In this document: positions 28,494 to 39,094 of the stretch, one piece after another
How positions within the stretch are numbered: the stretch's first letter is position 1
How the letters are laid out: every line of letters starts with the position of its first letter
Source of the DNA: a plasmid
DNA length: 64,000 bases
Strand: one strand, 5' to 3'
Sequence record: AP025967.1
Translations under genes and position numbers: made by a program
Notes under the pieces: model-generated
What the model saw: only the letters and a program-made list of their open reading frames with translations
What the model was told of the DNA's origin: nothing
Database searches by the model: none

Positions 28494-31400
28494 ATGATGT
28501 TTAAAAAAATATTTGATTTTGTGAAATCAAGATTATTTATAACTGCTTTTTTGCTTTGTTGTATTTTTCTTTTGAGTATTTTATTTTGGTTTTGGGGTTC
28601 TTTAGTAGCTTTTAATGACATATATATTTTTAGTAGTTCATTTTTAAGATTTAGTATTATTTTGATAATTTGGCTTATTGTTTTTTTGTTTTTTTTATTA
28701 AAGCCTATTATAAATTTTATATCTTCTTTAAAAAGTGAAAAAAGATTAAAATTTAAAGTCCTAAAAAAAGAAGCTGATGAGTTCATTTACAAATCTAAAA
28801 GAAACTTCTTTTTATCTCTTAAAGATGCCAAAGAAACATGGAAGAATGATTTAAAAACAAAAAATTTACCCTTAATTATCATCATAGGAAATGAAGGAGC
28901 TGGAAAAAGCACTTTTATTAATTATTCTGACATCGAATACCCACTTAGTGATAGTTTAGAGTCTTATAAAAAATTCCATAAGTCTACTAGAAATTTTGCA
29001 CTTTATGTATCAAAAAAAGGTGCTTTGTTAGATACAGAAGGAAACTATTTTTCACAAGAAGAATTTTTTAAGCCTACAAGTAGCGATGAAATACCCGAAG
29101 ATGATATAGATAAAAATAGAGATTTTTTAATTAAAAAAAATATATGGAAAAAATTCCTTACTTTTCTCAATAAAAATTTTTTTCATAGCAAACTAAATGG
29201 AATTATTTTAGTTGTTGACACTGTAATTTTCTTAAATAATCCTAAGGAGTATTCCAAAAATCTTATTAGATATCTAACAAAAAGAGTAAATGAATGTGAA
29301 AAAACTTTAAATTTAAAACTGCCTATTTATATAGTTTTTTCAAAACTCGACTTGATCGAAGGCATGAAAGAGTATTTTGATATTTTCGATAAAAAAATTT
29401 CAGATAAAATTTTAGGATTATCTTTTGATAAAATCTTAAGTGAAGAATTTTTAAATAATGAATTTAAAGAATTAAGTGATTCATTATTATGTTCCTTGAT
29501 GAGTAAAAACTCCCATATTTATAATATAGAAAATAAAAATAAAAGCTACTTATTTTTAAAACAACTTGATAATTTATTTGCATTAGCAAAGACTTTTATT
29601 TTGGAAGTGCAAGAAGAAAATAAGCTTAAAAATAATTCTTATCTTAGAGGAGTTTATTTTGTTAGTGCCTATCAAGAAAATATTCCTAGAAATTTCTTAC
29701 TCGATGCCATATGTGAGAAATATAACTGCAAAAAAGTATTATCAAAATCCAATATTATACATAATAAACAAAGCTATTTTGTTAAATCACTGCTCGAAGA
29801 TTTAATTTTTACAGATTATTCTTTAAGCACTATGAAATCTTATTCTAAAAAATTATCTTTTTTAATGATAATTTTAATCATAAGCTTTGGAACATATGCT
29901 ATATCTTCTTATTTTATAAGTAAAAACAATAAAGAATTCGAAAAAAGCCAAAACACCTTAAGATCTTTACAATTGCTTCTTAAAGATCAAGATTATCAAA
30001 ATTTAAATATTAAACAAAAAGCTGACTTCTTAATTGAATTGAGAAATATTTTAAATACTTATCCTGAACTTTGGCAAGATAATAATATATTTCAATATTT
30101 AAATCTAAATCTCTCATACAAAGGATTTAAAGAAGCTAAACAACTTTATTACAAACTGAATGAAGATGTGTTAAAAAATACTTTATTAAAAGAAATGGAA
30201 TATACTTTACTTACCGATACAAATAAAGAAAATTTAATCAAAACATTATATATGTATAGATCTTTGTTTGAACAAAAATATTTTAATAAAGAAATACTAA
30301 AAATTTGGATTAACGAGAATTGGAATACTTTAAGTAAGTATTCAATCTCTAAAGATGACTTTCTAGAAGGGGTGGATGAGCTTAAACAATTTAATCTTAA
30401 ATCTTTTACAGAAGATGAAAACAGTATACATACAGGAAAAAGAAAACTTGAGAGTATAAGTAGAACTCAAAGAATTTACATTCTTCTTAATTTTTTAAAT
30501 AGCGATAAACCTAAAGAAAAATATCTTATAAAAGAGGATTTAGGTTTTGCTGCAAATAGTGTATTTTCAAATAATTCTCAAATAACTTCTATAGATAAAA
30601 TATATACAAAAGTTGGTATGATGGACTTTTTAAATGATTTAAATCAACAAGTTGACACCGCAATCAATATTGAATCTTGGATGCTAGATAACAATTTTAA
30701 AGAAAATAAAAACACTTTGACTATGGGTATTTTAAAATTATACTTAAGTGAATACCAAAATGCTTGGCAAAATCTACTCGCTTCATTGCAACCTGTTAGG
30801 TATAATACCAAAGAGGCAATGCTTAATGAGCTTAATATCTTATCAAAAAAAGAAAACCCTTTATATTCTTTGTTAAAAATTGTTAGTTCTAATACAAATT
30901 TAAATGATGCAGTTTTACTAACTCAAGCCTACAATTTAGGATTAAATGCTGGGGAAATTAGATCAAATTTTATTGGGGTAAGCAATGCTTTCACACAATA
31001 TCATAAGCTAGTAAACAAAAATACACTTTTGAGTGTTGGTAATATAGAAGTGGGCAAAGGCACTGATGATGAAAAAATATTAGATATTCTTAATACAAAT
31101 ATTACAAATATGTCCAATAAAATTATAGATTTTAGTTCTAATAATAACCAAAGTGCTGAAGAAAAAATTTCATATGCTCTTGGAGGCAATAAAGATGCCA
31201 ATGATCCTTTTGCTGTATTTCAAATGAACATAAAAAAATTACCTAATGATTTAGAGAGATATTATAGTCAGCTTTCTAATTATTCGTGGAATTTTATAGA
31301 AAATCATGGTATTTCTTTATTTAATACTGCTTGGATTAATGAAGTGTATAATCCATTTGTTAATGATATTGCACCATATTATCCTTTTAATGATGAGAGT

Positions 31401-32024
31401 GTAGCAGATCTTAGTATGGATAGTTTTAAAACATTTTTTGGAAGAAATGGGACATTAAATAGTTTTTATAAAAAATACTTGAACAATGTTTTAGTAAAAA
31501 GAAAAAATAACTATTCTATCAATTCTCAATTTGCTTCAAAATTAAATTTCTCTAAAGAATTTTTAGATTTTATCACCAATGCAGGCAATCTCTCTAGTCT
31601 CATACTAAATGGTAATGATAATATAAAAGTTAATTTTACTATTCAAAGCCTTGATTTAAGTGCGGATTTTTCCTTTATAAAGCTTGGCTATGATAATAAA
31701 AATATCCAATACGATCATACTCTTAATCAAACCCTACAAATTGTAGCAGAAAAATTCAATAATGGAACAAGTTTAAATTTTACAGCCTATAACTACTCTA
31801 ATCCTAATTTAAATTATACAAAATCATATAAAGGAGAATGGGCATGGTATAAGTTTATAAAAGATAATAAAAGTAATTCTATATACAGCATTATATTTAA
31901 CAATAATAAAAACTTATATTTTGACTTTGAAATTATTAACGGTGCTAGTGAATTAAATAATATAGTTTATATTTTAAATAATCTTAAAATAGTAGAAAAT
32001 ATTACAGGGGTAAATAAACAATGA
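28494..32024 (+). CDS. tssM: T6SS membrane-complex protein TssM (IcmF family), 1176 aa
   Basis: N-terminal transmembrane helices; Walker A GNEGAGKST; IcmF-like length. Confidence 0.9.
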   Translation: MMFKKIFDFVKSRLFITAFLLCCIFLLSILFWFWGSLVAFNDIYIFSSSFLRFSIILIIWLIVFLFFLLKPIINFISSLKSEKRLKFKVLKKEADEFIYKSKRNFFLSLKDAKETWKNDLKTKNLPLIIIIGNEGAGKSTFINYSDIEYPLSDSLESYKKFHKSTRNFALYVSKKGALLDTEGNYFSQEEFFKPTSSDEIPEDDIDKNRDFLIKKNIWKKFLTFLNKNFFHSKLNGIILVVDTVIFLNNPKEYSKNLIRYLTKRVNECEKTLNLKLPIYIVFSKLDLIEGMKEYFDIFDKKISDKILGLSFDKILSEEFLNNEFKELSDSLLCSLMSKNSHIYNIENKNKSYLFLKQLDNLFALAKTFILEVQEENKLKNNSYLRGVYFVSAYQENIPRNFLLDAICEKYNCKKVLSKSNIIHNKQSYFVKSLLEDLIFTDYSLSTMKSYSKKLSFLMIILIISFGTYAISSYFISKNNKEFEKSQNTLRSLQLLLKDQDYQNLNIKQKADFLIELRNILNTYPELWQDNNIFQYLNLNLSYKGFKEAKQLYYKLNEDVLKNTLLKEMEYTLLTDTNKENLIKTLYMYRSLFEQKYFNKEILKIWINENWNTLSKYSISKDDFLEGVDELKQFNLKSFTEDENSIHTGKRKLESISRTQRIYILLNFLNSDKPKEKYLIKEDLGFAANSVFSNNSQITSIDKIYTKVGMMDFLNDLNQQVDTAINIESWMLDNNFKENKNTLTMGILKLYLSEYQNAWQNLLASLQPVRYNTKEAMLNELNILSKKENPLYSLLKIVSSNTNLNDAVLLTQAYNLGLNAGEIRSNFIGVSNAFTQYHKLVNKNTLLSVGNIEVGKGTDDEKILDILNTNITNMSNKIIDFSSNNNQSAEEKISYALGGNKDANDPFAVFQMNIKKLPNDLERYYSQLSNYSWNFIENHGISLFNTAWINEVYNPFVNDIAPYYPFNDESVADLSMDSFKTFFGRNGTLNSFYKKYLNNVLVKRKNNYSINSQFASKLNFSKEFLDFITNAGNLSSLILNGNDNIKVNFTIQSLDLSADFSFIKLGYDNKNIQYDHTLNQTLQIVAEKFNNGTSLNFTAYNYSNPNLNYTKSYKGEWAWYKFIKDNKSNSIYSIIFNNNKNLYFDFEIINGASELNNIVYILNNLKIVENITGVNKQ

Positions 32025-32920
32025 TAGAAAAAGAAGAAATAGGAATTGCTATTGAGAATTATGACGAATGTATTAGTGGTTCTAAAACATTTGTATTTAA
32101 CACAAAGGGTGGAACTATAGGAAGCGGTGATGATTGCACTTTTCGTATTCAAGATAAACTAGAACAAATCAAAAACACCCATGCCATAGTATCTTATGAA
32201 GAAGGATCTTTTACAATTGCGGCTTTTGAAGATTCTGACATTTATTATAATAAGTCCTTTTCTAGAATGCCAAGTGGCTATGAAATAATAATCAGCATAG
32301 GCGATATTTTTAAAATCGGTAATTTAGAATTTAGATTTGTGGATGCAAAAAGCATTGAAGCAAGCATTAAAGAAAATAAAAAATACTTAGAAGATATTGA
32401 AAAACGCAATCATTTTGATGAAATTGAAATTAAACCTAGAGGAAAAACAAGTATAAATTTTGACAAAAACAAAGAGTTAAAAGAGATTTTAGAAAATAAT
32501 GATTATAAATTTATCGAAGAAGAAAAGGCAGATGATAGCTTTTTAAAAGAAATAATTCAAAAAAATCCAAATTCATTAGAATATGAAAATGTTTTAAAAA
32601 GTTTGGTAAAAAATTTAAAAGATATTAAAACAAAACAACAAAGCTCTAAATTAAATAAAGATTATTCTTCTATTAGTATCAAAGATTTTGAAAGTATTAT
32701 TAATAATATACCCTTAATCAAATCCACAAGATTGATCAATATTTTAGCCCTTAGCCTAATCGCAAAAGAATTATATACTCCAATATTTGAAGAAATGGAA
32801 GAAAATATGTTTATTAAATATATTGAAGCTGCCATACAAAACAATATCAAAGAAGATAAGATTCTTTTTGAAAATCTTACCATCAAAGCATTGGAAAAGT
32901 ATATTAAAGATTTTGAGTGA
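32021..32920 (+). CDS. tagH: FHA-domain protein TagH
   Basis: FHA-like N-terminus (GSGDDCTFRIQD...HAIVSYEEGSFTI). 4-bp overlap with tssM. Confidence 0.8.
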   Translation: MIEKEEIGIAIENYDECISGSKTFVFNTKGGTIGSGDDCTFRIQDKLEQIKNTHAIVSYEEGSFTIAAFEDSDIYYNKSFSRMPSGYEIIISIGDIFKIGNLEFRFVDAKSIEASIKENKKYLEDIEKRNHFDEIEIKPRGKTSINFDKNKELKEILENNDYKFIEEEKADDSFLKEIIQKNPNSLEYENVLKSLVKNLKDIKTKQQSSKLNKDYSSISIKDFESIINNIPLIKSTRLINILALSLIAKELYTPIFEEMEENMFIKYIEAAIQNNIKEDKILFENLTIKALEKYIKDFE

Positions 32921-32923
32921 TTT

Positions 32924-34225
32924 TTACTCTTTTATATTATGCTCTTTAGCATAAGCTAGTATTTTAGCTCGAAGTTCTTGCGGAAAATTATATCTATAAA
33001 TAGCAGGAATTCTTGGATCAAGGAGTCTATCAAGCTTATGTCTTTTATAATACCATTCTAGATTTTCAGGGGTAAAATAATAAGGTGCATTAGGATAGCC
33101 TTGAGGAGGAGTGAGGGCTGCTAATTTGGCAGTTAATATCATAGAATCTATTCTTAATTGTGCACTTTCTTCACTCCGATCATTTGGAATATCATAACCA
33201 TAAGCATTTACCATGCCATTATAATACCCTCCCCTATGATGATCAAATTCTCTTCTGCTTTCATAAGTAGAATCTATATCCCTTGGATCTTTTATCTTGC
33301 CCTCAACTATATCACTTCTTAAGGCTTTATACATACTTCCAAATTCATCGCGAGCAATTCTATATTTATTATAATCAATCACCCAATCTACTCCCATAAT
33401 TTCATCTATAAAAGGAAGCATACCAAATTCATCAGGTTTTAAAGTCTTAGCTAAGGTTTTAATCTCTTGTTCTCTTAAAGGGTTTTTATGCACTCCTACT
33501 AAACCACTTCCTACAGCAATATCTGCATAACCATAAATAGCACCTAATAAATTAGGTTTATCTAATATACTACTTCCTCCACTTAGTTGTATATAAAGTA
33601 TAGTAGCTTGTATAAATCTTGCATTAAAACCATTTTGAAACATATCATTAGCTAGGTATTTATAATCACCTAATATTCCTGCTGCCATACCCCATTCATT
33701 ATGAAATAAACTTGATCTTAGATTATGTTTATTATCATCTACTATTCTATATAATTTTTCATATTTAGGATCTACATTTCCTTTTTCATCTACAGCTCCT
33801 ATAGCTTCATAAGGTATATCTATAACAACACTTCTTATACCACTTCTTATAACTAAATATTTATATCTTTCTTTTTTAGTTTTTAAAGATTTATAATAAG
33901 CTTTTTCTGCTTTAGTCCAAGGAGCTATGCTTCCTTTGATAGGATCTTTTAAATAAATACTTTGCCAATCTTTAAATTCAAGCAAAGTAGATTTCTCCCC
34001 TGTGTGAAATTCAGGATCTAGGTATTGGGGTTGATAGTCTTTATAGGGGGAGTTTTGTTTGATATTGTGTGCTTCAAACAAAGCTTTGGAATATTCTTGG
34101 GTGTATTTGCCTACTTCACGCCCATCTTCTCTTTTATCAAATATAATTTGATTCGTATTTTTATCAACTTCTAATATAAGTCCATTAGAAGTATAAATCT
34201 CGTAAATATCTTTATTACCACTCAT
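32924..34225 (-). CDS. hypothetical protein, 433 aa. Last gene of the convergent cargo-like operon.
   Basis: ORF; no recognised catalytic motif. Confidence 0.4.
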   Translation of the reverse strand: MSGNKDIYEIYTSNGLILEVDKNTNQIIFDKREDGREVGKYTQEYSKALFEAHNIKQNSPYKDYQPQYLDPEFHTGEKSTLLEFKDWQSIYLKDPIKGSIAPWTKAEKAYYKSLKTKKERYKYLVIRSGIRSVVIDIPYEAIGAVDEKGNVDPKYEKLYRIVDDNKHNLRSSLFHNEWGMAAGILGDYKYLANDMFQNGFNARFIQATILYIQLSGGSSILDKPNLLGAIYGYADIAVGSGLVGVHKNPLREQEIKTLAKTLKPDEFGMLPFIDEIMGVDWVIDYNKYRIARDEFGSMYKALRSDIVEGKIKDPRDIDSTYESRREFDHHRGGYYNGMVNAYGYDIPNDRSEESAQLRIDSMILTAKLAALTPPQGYPNAPYYFTPENLEWYYKRHKLDRLLDPRIPAIYRYNFPQELRAKILAYAKEHNIKE

Positions 34226-34235
34226 TTTTATCCTT

Positions 34236-37200
34236 TCATCCTATATACAAACCATCTTCCATGATTATAGTTGTAGCTAGTCTGCCTATAAACTTATTAG
34301 AATAATCTTGGGATTTATTAGTATCATCACTTTCTTCCTCATCATATTCATTTTTTCTTTTGTTTTTTACATATTCTTCATTTATCCCCTTATACATCAC
34401 TTCCAAATTATGTTGTCCTATAGCTTCTAAATTTTCCATCAATCTTCTTGCCTTTTGCCTATCTTCTATGAACTTACCTCTTTCATCTTGAGTGGTATTA
34501 TAAATCCCATTTGCATATTCATATAAAATTTGTATAGCATCATTATAAGCTAAGATAGGGTGTTGTTTTATCACTGGGTGTTGTGTTTTATACTCTTCTT
34601 TTCTTTGAAAATGCTCTAACTTATATATATTACAATTTCTAAGTTCTATATTGTTTTTTTCAAAAAATTCCTTATCATTTAAGATATATTTGCCTTCATT
34701 GATTTTATCTTCCTTAAAAGCACTTCTTTTTTCATCTAAAATAATATAAGATAAAAGTCTTTTTAAGGCAAATTCCCTAGCTTCACTTGAAGTTGTAGCA
34801 CAAGCAATACTAGGATAATAATTAAGCCCACCCGTGCATAATAAAGAACCAAAAATAAACTCAGATAAATCAAAACTCATAAATCTAGAATTTATCAATA
34901 AAGGATAGGTTATATATTCTTCTTTTTTTACAGCTAAAGGAAAATCATAATTGTAAGTAAATTTTTCATACATTAGTTTTTCATATAAAATTTTCAATCT
35001 TTCATAATTTGTAGGCAAAAGTGTATCAATAAAAGATCCTGCTAAATTTTTTAATATATCCACGCTCAAGTCTTTACTCATTTTAATAGAAAAATCAATA
35101 GCTAATTGTTTTTTTACTTTTGATATCAAATGAATTTGCTTAGCTTTATCTAATCTTGAAAAACTCTTTGACTTTTTTAATTCACTTGCATATTCTAATT
35201 GATTAAAATAATAATAATTTGTTCCTATTTGATATAAAAAAAGCTTATTGAGTGATTTTTTACTTTTTGGATTAATTTTTATAAAACGCCCTTTAGGGCT
35301 AAGTGCATAAAATATCCCTAGTTCTTTAAAAAAATGTGCTTTAAAACTAGAAAATAATTTATTACCATAATGCTTTTTATCAAAGCTTGAATCTATAAAA
35401 AACAAAATCATTTTTTTAAAAAAATCAGGCTGACTCATAAAAAATTCTGTAAAAGGAAAAAGTTGCTTAATAATATTAAAAAAAGTGATATCTATGGATA
35501 ATTTTGCAAGTTCATTATCAAGCATAATATCTTGAATGCTTTTATCTAAATCTTTTTTTGAAGGAAGAGTTTTGTCTGTTTGTATATTTTCTTCAAATTC
35601 AATCTCCTCATCAAAGCTTTCATTTAAGGTTTTTAAAAAATTTACATAAGTTTGATCTTCTTCTTCAAAATCATTTTCAAACATAGCTTTGGCTAATTCA
35701 TCTAAATAAATAACTTCATCTTCTTTTTTATTTTTATTTAATTCTTTAGATAAAAAGATATAAATTTTTTTATCATTATCATAAAAATAAATATCATCAG
35801 GGATAAATAAGATATACTCATTAAAATAATTTGGTATTTTAATCCTTTGGTAATTAAGTGAAATTTCTTTATCGCCATAATCTGGATTTGGAATTACAAT
35901 ATTTTTAACACCAAGAGAATATTCTTGCGTAAAAGCTAAGTCTTTTTGTAAAACATACAAAGTTAAAGTCAATAAAACAACCGTTAAAGGTGAGTATTTC
36001 TTAAAATCTACATTTTCATATGTTTTAAACATTAATGGTTCTGAGTTAAGATTGGATTGTATTTGGTTATAGCGAGAATTGATATTGTCTAAATAATCAT
36101 TAAAAAGCCTGATATATTCTTTTACTTTTTCTTTTTCTTTTTCGCTAATTTCTTCCAGTTCTTTAGGTAATTTAAAAAAGTTATCAATATAAGCAAAATC
36201 TTGCTTAACTTTTTCATATTCTAATCGTTCGTTTATATGTTCCAATAAATAAAGTTTCATCCAAGAATATGTTTGATTATAAAAATTAAAATATCCCTTA
36301 TATTTTTGATAAATCTGTCCATCAAGTTTCACAAAAGGACAAAGTTGCAATACATAATCATCTTCTTTTTTAACATCTCTTTCTATAAAATAAGAACCAT
36401 AATCTCTTTTGCTAGGAAAATCGCCTTTTAATGCAAGTTTTTCATTTTTTGTAAGAGCTTTGGGGCGATTTTTTATTATTGCTCCTAATTTTTTTTGATA
36501 CAAGTCCTCACAAAGTCCTGCATTGTTAAGCTGTGGTGGATTAGTAATAAGCAAATAATTTTTACCCATTTTGGTTGTATTGATTTGATCAGTATTTTTT
36601 TTATCTAATATCATTTCTACTAGCATGGAAGAATTTAAATCAGGATATTCTGCATAAAAGAAATGATTGAGTTTAGAGATATTTAAATTGATTGCTTTTT
36701 TTAATGTTGTATCAAAATTATTTAAACTAGAATTCACTAAAAGTGTATTATCTAACTTTTCATTTTCAAATTTTAGATTATTTTCTAAAAAATTATCAAA
36801 AATACCTTGAAATTCTTCATCTAAAATAACTTTATAAAAACTATTTTTATAAAGACTAATAGAAGGTACATTAGAATAAGATGAAAAATCTAATAATACT
36901 TTATCATCTATAATTAATACATCAGATAAAATTTCTTCATTGCACAAAGCGATAATAGGATAAAGCTTACTAGTAATAAGCTCTAAAAGTGGATAAGCAA
37001 AATCATAATAATATTTTTGTTCCTTATACTCTTGATACTCAGCAGAAGAATTATAAGCTTCAAATAATGTATTTACAACAAAAACATAAGGATTTTTTTT
37101 GACTAAAGAGACAGGTTTTTTAAGATTGGTTACAGAATCTAATATATTGATAAAAAATTTTGCTATAGCTCTAATAATTTGCTTATATTCATCATCATTA

Positions 37201-37733
37201 GATTGAGTAATATTTTTTAAAAGTGTATTAAAAAGTGTATCTAGGGTAAGTTGTATCTTTGGTTTAATTTCTTGCTCAAAATAGTTAGATTCTTTGATAT
37301 TTTTTAATAATATATTTAATTCTTTTTGAATTTCTTTTAAAAAATTTTCAATATTTTCTACATTGTTTTCATCAATAATTTTATTGAGCGTTTTATTTTC
37401 ATTTTGATTAATTGCATTATTTAAAAATTTTAAATTATTAAAGATAATTTTTTTAATGCTAGATAAATTTTTATCAGAGCTAAATTTTTGTTCTTTTGTG
37501 ATTTCGTCTTTATTGGCTTGATTTAAATGTATGATTTTAAAAGTTTTTGTATTATCAATTTTAAAATTATCTTCAATAGTATGTAGTGTCTTATACAAAG
37601 AATTCTTAGCTTCTTTATATCCATCAAAATCACTGCATATAAAAATAATTTTATTAGCATTTTTGGTAAGATTTTTTAACTCGATTTCTAAATTATGATT
37701 TGATGCAATTAAAGTAAAATTTTTTATTTTCAT
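34236..37733 (-). CDS. Large hypothetical protein, 1165 aa
   Basis: ORF. 4-bp overlap with the upstream PAAR-like gene. Confidence 0.45.
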   Translation of the reverse strand: MKIKNFTLIASNHNLEIELKNLTKNANKIIFICSDFDGYKEAKNSLYKTLHTIEDNFKIDNTKTFKIIHLNQANKDEITKEQKFSSDKNLSSIKKIIFNNLKFLNNAINQNENKTLNKIIDENNVENIENFLKEIQKELNILLKNIKESNYFEQEIKPKIQLTLDTLFNTLLKNITQSNDDEYKQIIRAIAKFFINILDSVTNLKKPVSLVKKNPYVFVVNTLFEAYNSSAEYQEYKEQKYYYDFAYPLLELITSKLYPIIALCNEEILSDVLIIDDKVLLDFSSYSNVPSISLYKNSFYKVILDEEFQGIFDNFLENNLKFENEKLDNTLLVNSSLNNFDTTLKKAINLNISKLNHFFYAEYPDLNSSMLVEMILDKKNTDQINTTKMGKNYLLITNPPQLNNAGLCEDLYQKKLGAIIKNRPKALTKNEKLALKGDFPSKRDYGSYFIERDVKKEDDYVLQLCPFVKLDGQIYQKYKGYFNFYNQTYSWMKLYLLEHINERLEYEKVKQDFAYIDNFFKLPKELEEISEKEKEKVKEYIRLFNDYLDNINSRYNQIQSNLNSEPLMFKTYENVDFKKYSPLTVVLLTLTLYVLQKDLAFTQEYSLGVKNIVIPNPDYGDKEISLNYQRIKIPNYFNEYILFIPDDIYFYDNDKKIYIFLSKELNKNKKEDEVIYLDELAKAMFENDFEEEDQTYVNFLKTLNESFDEEIEFEENIQTDKTLPSKKDLDKSIQDIMLDNELAKLSIDITFFNIIKQLFPFTEFFMSQPDFFKKMILFFIDSSFDKKHYGNKLFSSFKAHFFKELGIFYALSPKGRFIKINPKSKKSLNKLFLYQIGTNYYYFNQLEYASELKKSKSFSRLDKAKQIHLISKVKKQLAIDFSIKMSKDLSVDILKNLAGSFIDTLLPTNYERLKILYEKLMYEKFTYNYDFPLAVKKEEYITYPLLINSRFMSFDLSEFIFGSLLCTGGLNYYPSIACATTSSEAREFALKRLLSYIILDEKRSAFKEDKINEGKYILNDKEFFEKNNIELRNCNIYKLEHFQRKEEYKTQHPVIKQHPILAYNDAIQILYEYANGIYNTTQDERGKFIEDRQKARRLMENLEAIGQHNLEVMYKGINEEYVKNKRKNEYDEEESDDTNKSQDYSNKFIGRLATTIIMEDGLYIG

Positions 37734-39094
37734 ATTTTAACCCCATTTACCACCACAAATTTACAAACATAAAGCTCTTGTTTTCTATCTTCATCTTCTA
37801 AGATTTCATCTAGTCCTTGTGCGATTTGAAGTTTTAAATTTTGCATTTTTGCAGGAGCTAAAAAACTAAAATGATATTCGTTTAATTCTTTATTATCTTC
37901 TAAAGCATTTTTGATGATTTTATCATACTCATGTAGCTGTGTAAAATACCCTACTCCTAAATCTTTATTTTCAAATTCCTTATAAGCACTTTTATAAACT
38001 TTAGCAATGTTTTTTGGGATAATAAAATAAAGTTTGATTAAATTAGTATCAAAGCTAAGATTTAGTTCTTTAAATTCATAATCTTTACTAAAGTCTTGTT
38101 TGAATTGATTAAGAATATTTATATCCTCTATATCTTTTAAATCTTTTAAATCTATATTAAATTCATTTAAAGCCTTATTTTGTTCTTTTTTTTCATTATT
38201 GATTAAAAGATTATAGATAGGTAAATTATCTTTTTGAAATCTATCACTTTTATAATGAAGTCTTATTATAGGCTCTTTTAACTCTATTTGATTTTTACTT
38301 TGTTCTCCTAAGCCCTCTTTAGGATCAAAGCTGTGATCAAATTTAAACTTAGTAGGAGTAAAGCTTACTTTTAAAGCAAAGCCTTTATCTGTTTTACAAG
38401 CTGAGATGAGTTCTTGTAAGATTACATATTCATTATTGACTTTCTTTTGAGATAAGGATCCTTTTACATTAACAACTTTAGTACAAGGAACACTTACACC
38501 TGCTATAGTATTAGGACAAGCTACTATACTAGAGTTTAATAAATCACTTTCTAGCATTATAGGCACACCATCATCTTTAAAAGTTTTTCCTTTGTTTGAT
38601 TTAAGTATGACTTTACCTCCATGGATACATTCTAGGTTTTGATTTTCTAAAAGAGCATGAAGTTTAGCTATAGCTTGTTTTTTATCTACTTGTGTGGTTT
38701 TTTGTTCTTTTAAAGTGTTTGAAATTAAGTCTTTATACTCTAAGCTTTGTTTGCTTAAACATTCTAATTTGATATTTAAAGAATTTTCTAATATAGAATA
38801 ATTAAGCAAACAAAGTTCATCATTTTTATAAAAGATACTAAGTCTTCCTAAACCACTGCTTTCATCTTTAGGAGAAAAATAATAACTAGGTGTATCTTGT
38901 TTTATAGTATTATCTTGATCTAATTCTCCAAAGTAAAAAGGATTGTTAGGAAGTTCATTTGAGCCTGTAAGTAATACACCTTGAAAATAAATTTTAGAAT
39001 GAGTTAAATCAACATTTTTAGCCTTTAAAACTTCACAATCAATCACTTCTTTATCATAAGCAAAAATTGTTTCTTTTACTTTTTCAAGAGGCAT
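37730..39094 (-). CDS. PAAR-like (DUF4280-type) domain protein with N- and C-terminal extensions, 454 aa. T6SS effector/spike-tip candidate.
   Basis: Internal motif CIHGGKVIL...VPIML...ACPNTIAGVSVPCTKV, shared with the protein at 4167-4946. Confidence 0.45.
   Translation of the reverse strand: MPLEKVKETIFAYDKEVIDCEVLKAKNVDLTHSKIYFQGVLLTGSNELPNNPFYFGELDQDNTIKQDTPSYYFSPKDESSGLGRLSIFYKNDELCLLNYSILENSLNIKLECLSKQSLEYKDLISNTLKEQKTTQVDKKQAIAKLHALLENQNLECIHGGKVILKSNKGKTFKDDGVPIMLESDLLNSSIVACPNTIAGVSVPCTKVVNVKGSLSQKKVNNEYVILQELISACKTDKGFALKVSFTPTKFKFDHSFDPKEGLGEQSKNQIELKEPIIRLHYKSDRFQKDNLPIYNLLINNEKKEQNKALNEFNIDLKDLKDIEDINILNQFKQDFSKDYEFKELNLSFDTNLIKLYFIIPKNIAKVYKSAYKEFENKDLGVGYFTQLHEYDKIIKNALEDNKELNEYHFSFLAPAKMQNLKLQIAQGLDEILEDEDRKQELYVCKFVVVNGVKI

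Noticed and set aside
28484-28786. 100-aa minus-strand ORF
   Set aside because: It fully overlaps the tssM 5' coding region on the opposite strand and is low-complexity K/N/I-rich. Spurious.
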